Positions 1 to 9,114 of a DNA stretch of 64,000 bases are shown here, in pieces (within the stretch, counting starts at the first letter, position 1; each line of letters opens with the position of its first letter). The translations under genes were made by a program, and so were the position numbers. The stretch is from the NCBI GenBank assembly GCA_043745805.1, contig JAYTSD010000008.1, positions 64,001-128,000 of the forward strand, in the 5' to 3' direction. Below the pieces are notes generated by a model. That model was not told the DNA's origin, searched no databases, and worked only from the letters and a program-made list of their open reading frames with translations. Source of the stretch: Fibrobacteria bacterium. Lineage in GTDB: Bacteria; Fibrobacterota; Fibrobacteria; UBA11236.

Positions 1-421
1 AAGTGACCAAGCTTTTTCCTTCGGCAGCGACATCCGCAGCGGCTTGCATAGCCTGTTTGAATTTTGCCGGAGGCGTGATAGCATGATCTGCCGTTAACAC
101 CAGCATTACCCCCTGCGGATCTTCTTTCTGAATTAAACGACAGGCCAAAGCAATAGCGGCAGCGGTATTTTTTCCTTGCGGCTCGGTGATAATGCGCACG
201 CGCTTATCTTTTTTAAACATCGCCTTAATGGGTTTTTCCAAATTTTGGCTAATCACCATATGCACGAGCGCATTTTTCTGTAAATGCCGAATATTCGCGA
301 GCGTATCTTCCAGCATAGTCTTTTTGGTCACCAGGGGCAGCAATTGCTTGGGCCGTTGACTATGACTATAGGGCCAAAATCGTTCACCTTTTCCACCGGC
401 AAGAATAACTGGATATATCAT
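1..421 (-). CDS. manC: Mannose-1-phosphate guanylyltransferase, N-terminal part (runs off the left edge)
   Basis: Own translation from ATG at 421: MIYPVILAGGKGERFWPYSHSQRPKQLLPLVTKKTMLEDTL; later EPQGKNTAAAIALA and VLTADH motifs; AGGGG RBS upstream. Not in the ORF track. Confidence 0.9.
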   Translation of the reverse strand, partial: MIYPVILAGGKGERFWPYSHSQRPKQLLPLVTKKTMLEDTLANIRHLQKNALVHMVISQNLEKPIKAMFKKDKRVRIITEPQGKNTAAAIALACRLIQKEDPQGVMLVLTADHAITPPAKFKQAMQAAADVAAEGKSLVT

Positions 422-654
422 AAATCCCCTTAAAATTCAGAAATTTAGTTTTGCCTAGCGTGAAATCCCAAAGAAAAAGGGAATAGGTTGAAATTCGAGA
501 ATTTGAAATTCGAGCAAACAAATTCAGATACATGTAGTAATCTGTTTCGTATTGCATTATTATCAATATGTATCTTTGAGTTGAAAGGTTAAATTTTGGT
601 AAAATATCGGTTTGGCTCACAACTGGTTTTTTCTCCCTAACTTTAGATAAATCA

Positions 655-1539
655 ATGAAATACAGTAAATTTTCAACCTCCATGCGCAATGCCTGCAAAC
701 CCCAAGGTGAGTTTGTCGATTTGCATATGCATAGCACCTATTCTGACGGTGCCTTAGGGGTAAAATCGCTGATTGACTTTTGTATGGAACAGAGCTTAAG
801 CGCCATTGCCATAACGGACCATGACAATATCGATGGTTATGCCGAAGGCCGAGACTATGCCGAAGAAATGGGCATTGAATTTATACCGGGTGTCGAGATC
901 AGCTCTTCTGTAGGCGGTTGCGACATACATATTTTGGGGTATTATTTTGACCCGACCCATTTAAAACTCAATCAAACACTTTTGCAATTACAAGCAAAGC
1001 GCAAAGTTCGCGCTATGGAAATTGTGCGTAAACTCAATGAAATCGGTATTGATATTACTTATGAAAAAGTAAGCGCTAAAGCTAAAGACGGCAGTATTGG
1101 TCGAGCGCATATTGCCACCTTGTTAGTCGAAGAGGAATACGTTTCTTCCTTTCAAGAAGCTTTCAATAAATATTTAGGCAATAACGTTAGTTTTATTGCC
1201 GATTTAGATCCTGTCAAAATGACACCTATTGAGGCTATACAATTGATTATTGAAGCCGGTGGTGTTCCAGTCATGGCACATCCTTCCAAAACGCGACGTG
1301 ATGATCTAATTTCCAGCATGGTAGAAAATGGTCTTAAAGGCATTGAAACCTATTGCCATAATCAAAGCAATTCCTGTTATCAAAAATATCGTGACATTGC
1401 TCGCAAATATGATTTGGTTTGCTCAGGCGGAGCCGATTTTCATGTGAAGCGTGAAGATGGTAAACATGCTCCTGGCAGCTTAAACGTACCTTACAAGGTG
1501 CTATCGATGTTCAAAGACATTAAAGCACATTACGCTTAA
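655..1539 (+). CDS. PHP-domain phosphoesterase (TrpH/YciV-like)
   Basis: DLHMHSTYSDG, AITDHD, GVEIS, HILGY, AHP and GGADFH motifs. Confidence 0.9.
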   Translation: MKYSKFSTSMRNACKPQGEFVDLHMHSTYSDGALGVKSLIDFCMEQSLSAIAITDHDNIDGYAEGRDYAEEMGIEFIPGVEISSSVGGCDIHILGYYFDPTHLKLNQTLLQLQAKRKVRAMEIVRKLNEIGIDITYEKVSAKAKDGSIGRAHIATLLVEEEYVSSFQEAFNKYLGNNVSFIADLDPVKMTPIEAIQLIIEAGGVPVMAHPSKTRRDDLISSMVENGLKGIETYCHNQSNSCYQKYRDIARKYDLVCSGGADFHVKREDGKHAPGSLNVPYKVLSMFKDIKAHYA

Positions 1540-2422
1540 TATTTTCTCCCATTTTCCAAATAAATCGATAGTCGGGTTGTAAAACTAAAGCCTGATCACC
1601 CATTTTGCCATTTAAAAAAAAATCTGTATCCGCTTTTTCACACGCTTGTAAATAAAGCTCTCCAGGCTTCATTTGCAAAGTAAAAATCAACTGCGAATTA
1701 TCGAATAAACCATCACCCAATTCTACTTTAGGTAAAGATCCATTTTGAATCCAAAATGCTTCTTTCTGTGCATAAATTTCTAGCATATTTTTTTTTAAAC
1801 TGTTCACACGAAAATGTTGTTCCGAAGGAAAATACCGAAAAAAAGTACAGCACAGGGAAAGAAAGAAAAAAGTAAATCCAATCAGTGCATAAGGACGTTT
1901 ACTTGCGGTATGTAATTCCTGTTTATTCGTCTCGAAGGCCATAGCCAAGCTACGAGCATTGTCCAGTTTTTCTTTAACTTGTTCCTTTAAACCAAAAGCG
2001 ATTAGCCATTGTGAGCGCACGATCCAATAAAAAATAAGATTCCAGAGTAAAAACTCTATCCAAATACTGCCTTGAAAAGCTTGCAGCTTATCGCTTAAAA
2101 ATAAAATGAAATCGAAAATAGCCAAGAAGATTAAACTGACATTAAAGATCAAATTATTACGAAAAGTACTTTGTGAATTAATAGGTAGTGAAATCCCCGA
2201 AAGACGCGCATAGGATTCTGCCATTATTTCTAAACTTTTTTGACTATTAAAGGACCAGAAGCGAATAAAAAGTATAGCGCCAAAACTTAAGTAAACACCC
2301 TTTAAAGCAAATGCCGAAGCCATTCCCCAAAAATGAAAATTTTGTTTATCGAGGCCATAGCTTATAATTGGCAGACTAGCCATCAATAAAAACCAAAAAA
2401 GAAAAACGATGATTCTTTGCAT
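1520..2422 (-). CDS. Hypothetical multi-pass membrane protein
   Basis: 300 aa ORF with about 5 hydrophobic segments and a soluble C-terminal domain. Confidence 0.6.
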   Translation of the reverse strand: MQRIIVFLFWFLLMASLPIISYGLDKQNFHFWGMASAFALKGVYLSFGAILFIRFWSFNSQKSLEIMAESYARLSGISLPINSQSTFRNNLIFNVSLIFLAIFDFILFLSDKLQAFQGSIWIEFLLWNLIFYWIVRSQWLIAFGLKEQVKEKLDNARSLAMAFETNKQELHTASKRPYALIGFTFFFLSLCCTFFRYFPSEQHFRVNSLKKNMLEIYAQKEAFWIQNGSLPKVELGDGLFDNSQLIFTLQMKPGELYLQACEKADTDFFLNGKMGDQALVLQPDYRFIWKMGENIKRNVL

Positions 2423-2541
2423 ATTTGCTTATAATCCTATCACCTGCCCAAAAAATGGGCAATGACAATGTCAAACTTCAGCTAAAAGCACCCTTTCTCA
2501 CCATTTTTTTTAGATTGATTCCTCTTCTCTAAAAGGATTCC

Positions 2542-3522
2542 ATGAGCTTGGGGCTAAACATTACTTTTTTAGAAAAAATATTTGCCAAAGTGTTCAAATT
2601 GGTTGCAGGCAAAGACTATTTGATCTGCTTTCATTGGAACTTACAAAGTAGCACTCAGTTTATTCCACTAAGTAAAACCGTTAAGCAAATTAGTTTGGCC
2701 ATAATAGCCTTTTTGTCGATTGGATTAATTTCACTTTTTGCCGAGTTAACTTATTACAGCTATTATCATTCTTTTTTTCGGTATCATCAAAAACAAAATT
2801 TTTCTTTAAAAGAAAAGCTTAAAAGCAATATCAAACAACAAGAGTTTATCCATGCCCGTATGGATAGCCTAAGTGAAGTGGAAGAACATATTCGCGCGCT
2901 TTATGGCATGAATGCCTTAAATACCAATCTAAATCAATTTTCAGAAAATGAAAAAATCATACCTTCCGATTCCCTTAAATTTAATGATCCAGTTTTTGAA
3001 AAAGTGCAAAAGGCTGCTTTACTCAACACTCAACTGCAAGGCAAAATTAATTTTGAGCAAGAAAGCTTTCGACAAATTCAAGATTTTGTGAAATATAAAC
3101 ATCATTTATGGGAACATACGCCCTCGATTATTCCGGCCAAAGGACAATGGACTAGCCCCTTTGGCTATCGTGTTCATCCGGTAACCGGGCAGTTTGTATT
3201 GCACGAAGGTTTAGACATTAGCAATAGTATGTGGACACCCATTTATGCTACGGCGTCGGGTACTGTGCAATCGGCTGGCGAAAGCGGTTTTTTTGGTAAC
3301 CTCATTGTGATTGACCATGGCAATGGATATATGACCAAGTTTGGGCATTGTTCCAAAACCCTAGTGAATAAGGGTCAACTGGTGAATCGCTACACTTTAA
3401 TTGGTTATATGGGCAATTCAGGGCGGGCCACGGGAGTTCATGTGCATTATGAAGTTCATCACGACGGTAATTTGCAAAATCCGGAAAAATTTATTTTGCC
3501 CTCGGGCATACTTGTAGATTAA
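2542..3522 (+). CDS. M23 family peptidoglycan endopeptidase
   Basis: TM helix and coiled coil, then HEGLD, GH and HVHYEV zinc motifs. Confidence 0.9.
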   Translation: MSLGLNITFLEKIFAKVFKLVAGKDYLICFHWNLQSSTQFIPLSKTVKQISLAIIAFLSIGLISLFAELTYYSYYHSFFRYHQKQNFSLKEKLKSNIKQQEFIHARMDSLSEVEEHIRALYGMNALNTNLNQFSENEKIIPSDSLKFNDPVFEKVQKAALLNTQLQGKINFEQESFRQIQDFVKYKHHLWEHTPSIIPAKGQWTSPFGYRVHPVTGQFVLHEGLDISNSMWTPIYATASGTVQSAGESGFFGNLIVIDHGNGYMTKFGHCSKTLVNKGQLVNRYTLIGYMGNSGRATGVHVHYEVHHDGNLQNPEKFILPSGILVD

Positions 3523-3531
3523 AATCAAGCG

Positions 3532-4578
3532 ATGCTAAATCGCTTTCACAAATATTCAAAAGTACTTTTACTCTGCCTAGCTTACTTTGTTGGCCTTAAT
3601 AATTTACATGCCGAAAATTTTGTGGGTGAAGTTTATTTAATTGGTAATAGCGTGGTAAATAATGGCAGCGCAAGTACTATTCCTTCGCAAATTTATTCGC
3701 CCACGCAATATTTAGATTTCCCCGCAGAAATGAGCGAGCATAAAATTTACAGTGTCGAAATCGCTACCCTACCCACTTTCGCGTCCTTATCGCAAATTTA
3801 TAATGCCTCAGTGGCATTTTCCTTGGAATCCCGTAGCCAAATTAATGCCTTTTATGGCATGATCACCACCCCCAACATTCTCGAACGCCCTTTATTACAA
3901 GGCAGCAAAGAAGAACGTTTAAATGATCCCACTCTGCGTCCGGGAACATGTGATTTTTGTAATAGTTTACGAGATGTTGTGTATTTAGCCAATATTAATT
4001 TTATGCATCAATACGATTTTTTATTACCGCGTCTCGACATAGGCTATCGCCCTATCCCCATGCAATTAGGCTTGGGAGCCACCAGCAAATATTTTTATGA
4101 GGAATTAGAAGGTGGTGATTATACAGCTCAAAATTTAAATTTGGACGCTGGCCTTAGCTTAAAAATATTTTGGGGGTACAATCCTGTGGATAAAAGTTCG
4201 GATCGAAATTTAAAATTTCAATTCAATGGCTTTGAATTATTACCCACCAATCAACGTAGTGCTTTTGCCAATTCCAAAGTGGATGAAACCTTGCGATTAC
4301 GTTGGCATTTTGCTTTTAGTTGGGAAGAATTTTTTCCTGACTTGCAAAGTAAATGGACTGTGGGCATTCAACAAAAACCCGAATTAGGCAAATATCCTGC
4401 ACTGGGCAGTGAATGGGGGTTTCGCGATGTGCTTTTTTTAAGAGCTGGCTACGATGGGAATTTTATCAGCGCGGGTGCAACGCTCGCCTATCGCTTTATG
4501 GCCTTGCATTATGCCTTTATGCATCATGATTTAAATAACACCCTTTATCAAGTCTCCCTGCAATTGCAATGGAAATGA
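3532..4578 (+). CDS. Outer-membrane beta-barrel, PorV/PorQ-like
   Basis: Signal peptide; LGATSKYFYE, DAGL and C-terminal LRAGY...SAGATL...HYAF...YQVSLQLQWK strand pattern typical of PorV-like barrels. Confidence 0.55.
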   Translation: MLNRFHKYSKVLLLCLAYFVGLNNLHAENFVGEVYLIGNSVVNNGSASTIPSQIYSPTQYLDFPAEMSEHKIYSVEIATLPTFASLSQIYNASVAFSLESRSQINAFYGMITTPNILERPLLQGSKEERLNDPTLRPGTCDFCNSLRDVVYLANINFMHQYDFLLPRLDIGYRPIPMQLGLGATSKYFYEELEGGDYTAQNLNLDAGLSLKIFWGYNPVDKSSDRNLKFQFNGFELLPTNQRSAFANSKVDETLRLRWHFAFSWEEFFPDLQSKWTVGIQQKPELGKYPALGSEWGFRDVLFLRAGYDGNFISAGATLAYRFMALHYAFMHHDLNNTLYQVSLQLQWK

Positions 4579-4803
4579 TTTTCTAAAAACCAGCCCATCC
4601 ATTGTCGGTATCCTTTACATTTTTTTTGAGATTGCCTAAGTTAGCACACTTAAAGTGAGGGTAAAGATTTCATTCTAGAACGGTTAAAACCATTGTGACA
4701 AAGAAATGATTTATATTTTAAACAGCTTAGGAAACAGAGCTTAACTCTCCTAAGATCAATAAAATCAATTCACTTTTTAAATGGATGCGGGAACAGTTTA
4801 CTC

Positions 4804-5610
4804 ATGCTAAAAAAAATTGCGTGTCTGCACATTTTATTTGCGACCTTGTTGTCAACTATTACGATCGCAGCTACGCCAGCAAACTTAATGGGTCCCCACA
4901 CCTTAGGCATTGATTATGACTTTACCATGCTTGGCCAAAATCTTTATACTTCAGCCACACCAAGTCATGAATATGCGCACACTTTAAATTTCCATTACGC
5001 GCCAGTAGAATATTCCTTATTTAGCGTAGGCTTAGGTCTCAATAAATTATATGTAGAAAGCATGCAAAAAAAATCCTTTGAAGGATCTTATGAATTCTGT
5101 CCTTCTTTTGGTTTAGACTTATATTCGCCAAGATTTTTGAATGAGGTATTAAAGGTAAGCGCCGGTGGACATTTTCTTTATCTAAACAATTCAAATCGGG
5201 CTAACTTTAGTTATGCCGGCTCACTTCTTAATCCTTATTTGGGAATAGTGATAGCCGCCAATTCAATTTTAGACATTGAATTAGGGGCTCGTGGGAATAT
5301 GTTTTATGGAACCATGGATAGCTCAGGCTTTAATGAAAAAGAAGTAACGAATTCTCAATTATTTCGCGGCTATTTTTCCCTTACACTTAAATCCCCTCAA
5401 GAAGGGACCTATTTAATTTTTGATTTTGATATGTCACCCGACACCAAACCCAATTGGAATCGTGGTCCGGTAGAAAGCAAAATTAGTTTTGCCATAGGTT
5501 TTTTAATCGGCAATGAAGGCTTGCAAAAAAAAGAACCCGAAAGCAAAATTTATTTTCCCGCCTACAATGACATGAAAGAACGCGAAAAACAAATGGCTGA
5601 GGAAAACTAA
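4804..5610 (+). CDS. Hypothetical exported protein, probable outer-membrane beta-barrel, first gene of the pilus cluster
   Basis: Signal peptide, alternating aromatic/Gly strands; 3 bp upstream of pilC. Confidence 0.55.
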   Translation: MLKKIACLHILFATLLSTITIAATPANLMGPHTLGIDYDFTMLGQNLYTSATPSHEYAHTLNFHYAPVEYSLFSVGLGLNKLYVESMQKKSFEGSYEFCPSFGLDLYSPRFLNEVLKVSAGGHFLYLNNSNRANFSYAGSLLNPYLGIVIAANSILDIELGARGNMFYGTMDSSGFNEKEVTNSQLFRGYFSLTLKSPQEGTYLIFDFDMSPDTKPNWNRGPVESKISFAIGFLIGNEGLQKKEPESKIYFPAYNDMKEREKQMAEEN

Positions 5611-5613
5611 TTC

Positions 5614-6852
5614 ATGCCGAAGTTCAGCTATACGGTTCGTAATCGAGATAACCGCGTGGTTACGGGTCATACCGAAGGTGCGAGCCTAGACGAAGTACTT
5701 GATCGTTTGAGTGCTAAGGATTTTTTACCCATAGCAGTGAGCGAATTAAATTTTGATGGCAGTGACAGCACTAAAGATTTTAAAAAAAGTTTAAAATCTG
5801 CTTTTACCGGCACCAAAAATAAAGTGCCCTATAAAGAGGTGGTATTCTTTACCCGTCAATTAGCGACCTTGGTGGGTGAAGGTGTGCCGCTGTCGAGAGC
5901 TTTAGAGCAATTAGGCAAAAGCGAACGCCCAGTTTTCAAAAAAATAATTAATGATATTGCGGCAGATATTTCTTCAGGAAATACATTCAGCGATTCCATA
6001 GCTCGGCATCCTGGCGCTTTTAATAATATGTATGTGGCCGTTAGTAATTCGGGTGAAATTGCCGGTGCCTTAGATAAAGTGCTGGATGAAATGGCCACTT
6101 ATATGGAAAATGTGGAAATCATGCGTGGTAAAGTAAAAGCCGCTATGCGTTACCCCATTTTTATTGCCTGTTTTGTTACCCTAATGATTATTGGTATCAT
6201 GTGGAAATTAGTGCCTACCTTCGAACAAATTTATTCGGGTTTAGGCGCAAAATTACCTGCCCCGACAATTATGTTGATTAGTGTGTCCCATATCTTTAAG
6301 CATAATATTGCCTTGGTTTTTTTGGGCATGATTTCACTTTTTGGTCTTTACAAGTACTTACTCACACAGGAAAATTTCAAATTCATTTTTGATAAGTACA
6401 GCTTACAAGTCCCCGTATTTGGATCCATTTTAAAAAAAAATATCTGGGCCAATTATTGCCGTACTATGGCCTTACTTATGGAAGCCGGTACACCTATCCT
6501 TAAAGCCACAGAAATCTCCGGTGCCGTGGTGAGCAATAAACTGTATGCTAAAAGCTTAGAGGGAGTTTATAATCAATTAAGACAAGGTGAACAGCTTAGC
6601 TCTTGCCTCGAAAAAACCGGGCTTTTCCCCAGCTTAGTTATTCAATTAGCAAGCACCGGAGAAATGAGCGGAAGCGTCGACAGGCTCTTACGTAAAGCAG
6701 CAGAGTTTTATGAAAGAGAAATACGAAATACGGTAGATGGTTTATCCTCCATTTTGGAGCCTCTTCTTATAATTGTTCTAGGAACTATAGTTGGCTTTGT
6801 AATGCTAGCTTTATACTATCCCATTTTTAAAATTGGTTCAGCTATTAGATAG
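5614..6852 (+). CDS. pilC: Type IV pilus/T2SS inner-membrane platform protein (PilC/GspF)
   Basis: FTRQLATL..GVPL, GEIAGALD, AMRYP, GEMSG, LEPLLI motifs; two T2SSF repeats. Confidence 0.93.
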   Translation: MPKFSYTVRNRDNRVVTGHTEGASLDEVLDRLSAKDFLPIAVSELNFDGSDSTKDFKKSLKSAFTGTKNKVPYKEVVFFTRQLATLVGEGVPLSRALEQLGKSERPVFKKIINDIAADISSGNTFSDSIARHPGAFNNMYVAVSNSGEIAGALDKVLDEMATYMENVEIMRGKVKAAMRYPIFIACFVTLMIIGIMWKLVPTFEQIYSGLGAKLPAPTIMLISVSHIFKHNIALVFLGMISLFGLYKYLLTQENFKFIFDKYSLQVPVFGSILKKNIWANYCRTMALLMEAGTPILKATEISGAVVSNKLYAKSLEGVYNQLRQGEQLSSCLEKTGLFPSLVIQLASTGEMSGSVDRLLRKAAEFYEREIRNTVDGLSSILEPLLIIVLGTIVGFVMLALYYPIFKIGSAIR

Positions 6853-6902
6853 TGACAATAACCGAATAAAAAAATTACTTTACATTTAAGCAAGGAGAAA
6901 AA

Positions 6903-7316
6903 ATGAATATCCAAACACGTGCCACCAAAAGCCTACAAAAAGGTTTTACTCTGGTTGAAGTTATAGTAGTGGCAGTAATTATCGCTGTATTGGCTGGTGT
7001 GGCTGTTCCCCTTTACTTGGGATATGTTGAAGATTCACGAGAAAATTCAGCGGCAAATGCAGCAGGTGCCATTGCAACTTTTTGTGGTGCGTGTCAAAAT
7101 ACTGCTGGAGTACTTGCTTTTGCAGGCTCAAACGCCGCTCCAGCAGTGCAAATAACATGCACTCCAACCACAGGCTCAAATGCTACAAGTATTCTTAAAC
7201 CGCAGGCCATTATAATCAACATCACTCCACCAACGACGCCAGGAGGCACAGGTTTGGTTACAGGTAAGCATTCTGCCAGTCCAAGCGCTACTCTTGCTTC
7301 CAGTTACAATTACTAG
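6903..7316 (+). CDS. Type IV pilin (probable major pilin)
   Basis: KG/FTLVEVIVV class III signal, AVPLY; strong AAGGAG RBS. Confidence 0.9.
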   Translation: MNIQTRATKSLQKGFTLVEVIVVAVIIAVLAGVAVPLYLGYVEDSRENSAANAAGAIATFCGACQNTAGVLAFAGSNAAPAVQITCTPTTGSNATSILKPQAIIINITPPTTPGGTGLVTGKHSASPSATLASSYNY

Positions 7317-7328
7317 CCATAAAAAAAT

Positions 7329-7682
7329 ATGCTGACGAAAACCTCAAAAAGAAAATCTTTGGGGTTTAGTTTAATTGAAATTATTGTTGCAGGTGCCATT
7401 GTAGCCATTTTATCTGCGGTGGCTATTCCAATGTATACAGGTTATGTGAAAAATGCACAAAAAGAATTAGCTGCAAATCTTGCGCGCACCGTAGCAATAT
7501 CTGCCAATGCCTATCAAAGAAACCCCTCAAATCCTGCACTTCCAACCAATACAGATTTAAAAGGTATTTTAAATATTTTTTTACCGAATGCCGCAAATTT
7601 TAATGTCATACTTACCACATCAGATTCAATTTCAGTAACTGATATCGCCAATGTAATTACCGTCAAATCTGCTTATCATTAA
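7329..7682 (+). CDS. Type IV pilin (PilA/PilE-like)
   Basis: LG/FSLIEIIVA...AIPMY. Confidence 0.88.
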   Translation: MLTKTSKRKSLGFSLIEIIVAGAIVAILSAVAIPMYTGYVKNAQKELAANLARTVAISANAYQRNPSNPALPTNTDLKGILNIFLPNAANFNVILTTSDSISVTDIANVITVKSAYH

Positions 7683-7700
7683 AACGTAAAGTTTAATATT

Positions 7701-8150
7701 GTGGCAAGCGTCAAACTAAACTCACAATCCGGATATACACTTGCTGAATTATTAATTTCGGGTGTTTTATTATCACTCACAATTCTTGCCCTAATCACAA
7801 TGATTCAAAAAGGTAGGGATTTGCAATTAGCGGATTCGCATCATCGATTGGCGCGTATAGCATTAATGAATGAATTAGAAAAACCAAAATATTTTAGTAG
7901 TGGAGCAAATTACACAGCATTGACATCTGGAATACCTAGCTTCAATGGCGAAGTACCAATTATCATCGATTCTTCAGGCACAATACCGTTGCTGGGTAAA
8001 TTAAACACGGCTTTCTTGGATCCCCCGGTAGATTGCCCAAATGAATTAATCGTCGCGAATAAATGTCAACAAGTTGTTTTGACATTGACATGGGATGAAA
8101 TTGGCATTCAACAAGAAATAAAATTAGACAAAATATGGGCACCGTATTAA
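7701..8150 (+). CDS. Minor pilin, PilV-like
   Basis: SG/YTLAELLIS; C-terminal VVLTLTW. Confidence 0.75.
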   Translation: MASVKLNSQSGYTLAELLISGVLLSLTILALITMIQKGRDLQLADSHHRLARIALMNELEKPKYFSSGANYTALTSGIPSFNGEVPIIIDSSGTIPLLGKLNTAFLDPPVDCPNELIVANKCQQVVLTLTWDEIGIQQEIKLDKIWAPY

Positions 8151-8659
8151 TGAAAACCCAATTAGGATTCACACTAGTTGAAACTCTTATTGCAGGTGTG
8201 TTATCAACTATTGTAGCAGGAGGGTTGCTTACCATTTTTTATGTGCAAAAAAACGTAATTGCTGAAAGCACCTCCTCACTTTGGCTTAATAATCAAGCAG
8301 ATATCGTTACACAAGAAATTATTAAGCAAGTCCATCAATCCAATTTTATCTTAAAGTATGTGGGTGAAATGCCACCAGCAGGAACGCAGGATACGACTTT
8401 TGTAATGTATTTACAAAATAGTCTAGGTATTTTTGGCGGTTATAAAATTGATAATGGAATTTTAAAAGAATATAAAGGCGGAACTTTCAATACTTTTAAG
8501 GTGGGGCCAGATAGCGTATTTATCGATGCAGGAAGTTATTTTACACTAAATCCAACGCGAAACCGAATGACCATTAAATTTAATTTTCATTTTCCCTACG
8601 ATAGTAAATCCGTACTTTTACAATTTCCTGAAGTGAATGTTGCATGCCATCAATTCTAA
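8135..8659 (+). CDS. Minor pilin, PilW-like (likely start at 8150)
   Basis: LG/FTLVETLIA. Confidence 0.75.
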   Translation: MGTVLMKTQLGFTLVETLIAGVLSTIVAGGLLTIFYVQKNVIAESTSSLWLNNQADIVTQEIIKQVHQSNFILKYVGEMPPAGTQDTTFVMYLQNSLGIFGGYKIDNGILKEYKGGTFNTFKVGPDSVFIDAGSYFTLNPTRNRMTIKFNFHFPYDSKSVLLQFPEVNVACHQF

Positions 8660-9099
8660 AATCATCTAAACTAAAGAACCAAAAAGGATCGATACTTGTT
8701 ACCGTATTAACGTTTTGTTTAATCATGATTATTGGGGCAAGTGGCTATTTATTAGTTATAGTCAATAAATTGCAAATTGAAAATCAAAATTCAAAAAATA
8801 TGTATGCTCTACATGCTGCTGAATCAGGTGCGGTGATGGCCGCTGCTATATTAAAAAATCGAGTTCCAGCCTATACCAATTCCGTTCCGCTCCTTATTGA
8901 TAAACAATGGACTGATTATATGTTAGTTACGGTTATCGATAGCGTTGGTACAGATCGCTGGATTGTTTCTAGAGCTTATGATGCTGGGTCTTTTGACAAA
9001 TCAATGGCTTCAGCAGGACCCCTTCTTAAAGTAATTCGTTGGAAGCTCGTAATTGTACCAGGAAAAGATACTCGCTTAACCGATAGAGTCGAAGACTAA
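8644..9099 (+). CDS. Minor pilin, PilX/GspK-like
   Basis: KG/SILVTVL lacking Glu5, then ALHAAESG motif typical of PilX N-termini. Confidence 0.75.
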   Translation: MPSILKSSKLKNQKGSILVTVLTFCLIMIIGASGYLLVIVNKLQIENQNSKNMYALHAAESGAVMAAAILKNRVPAYTNSVPLLIDKQWTDYMLVTVIDSVGTDRWIVSRAYDAGSFDKSMASAGPLLKVIRWKLVIVPGKDTRLTDRVED

Positions 9100-9114
9100 T
9101 TAAAATCAAAAGCC

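Noticed and set aside
384-737. 117 aa minus-strand ORF
   Set aside because: Overlaps the real manC start in another frame and the PHP gene; no recognisable features
6903-7682. Electrically conductive (Geobacter-type short) pilins linked to the cytochrome
   Set aside because: The pilins are full length and not notably aromatic-rich, and lie 20 kb from the cytochrome gene
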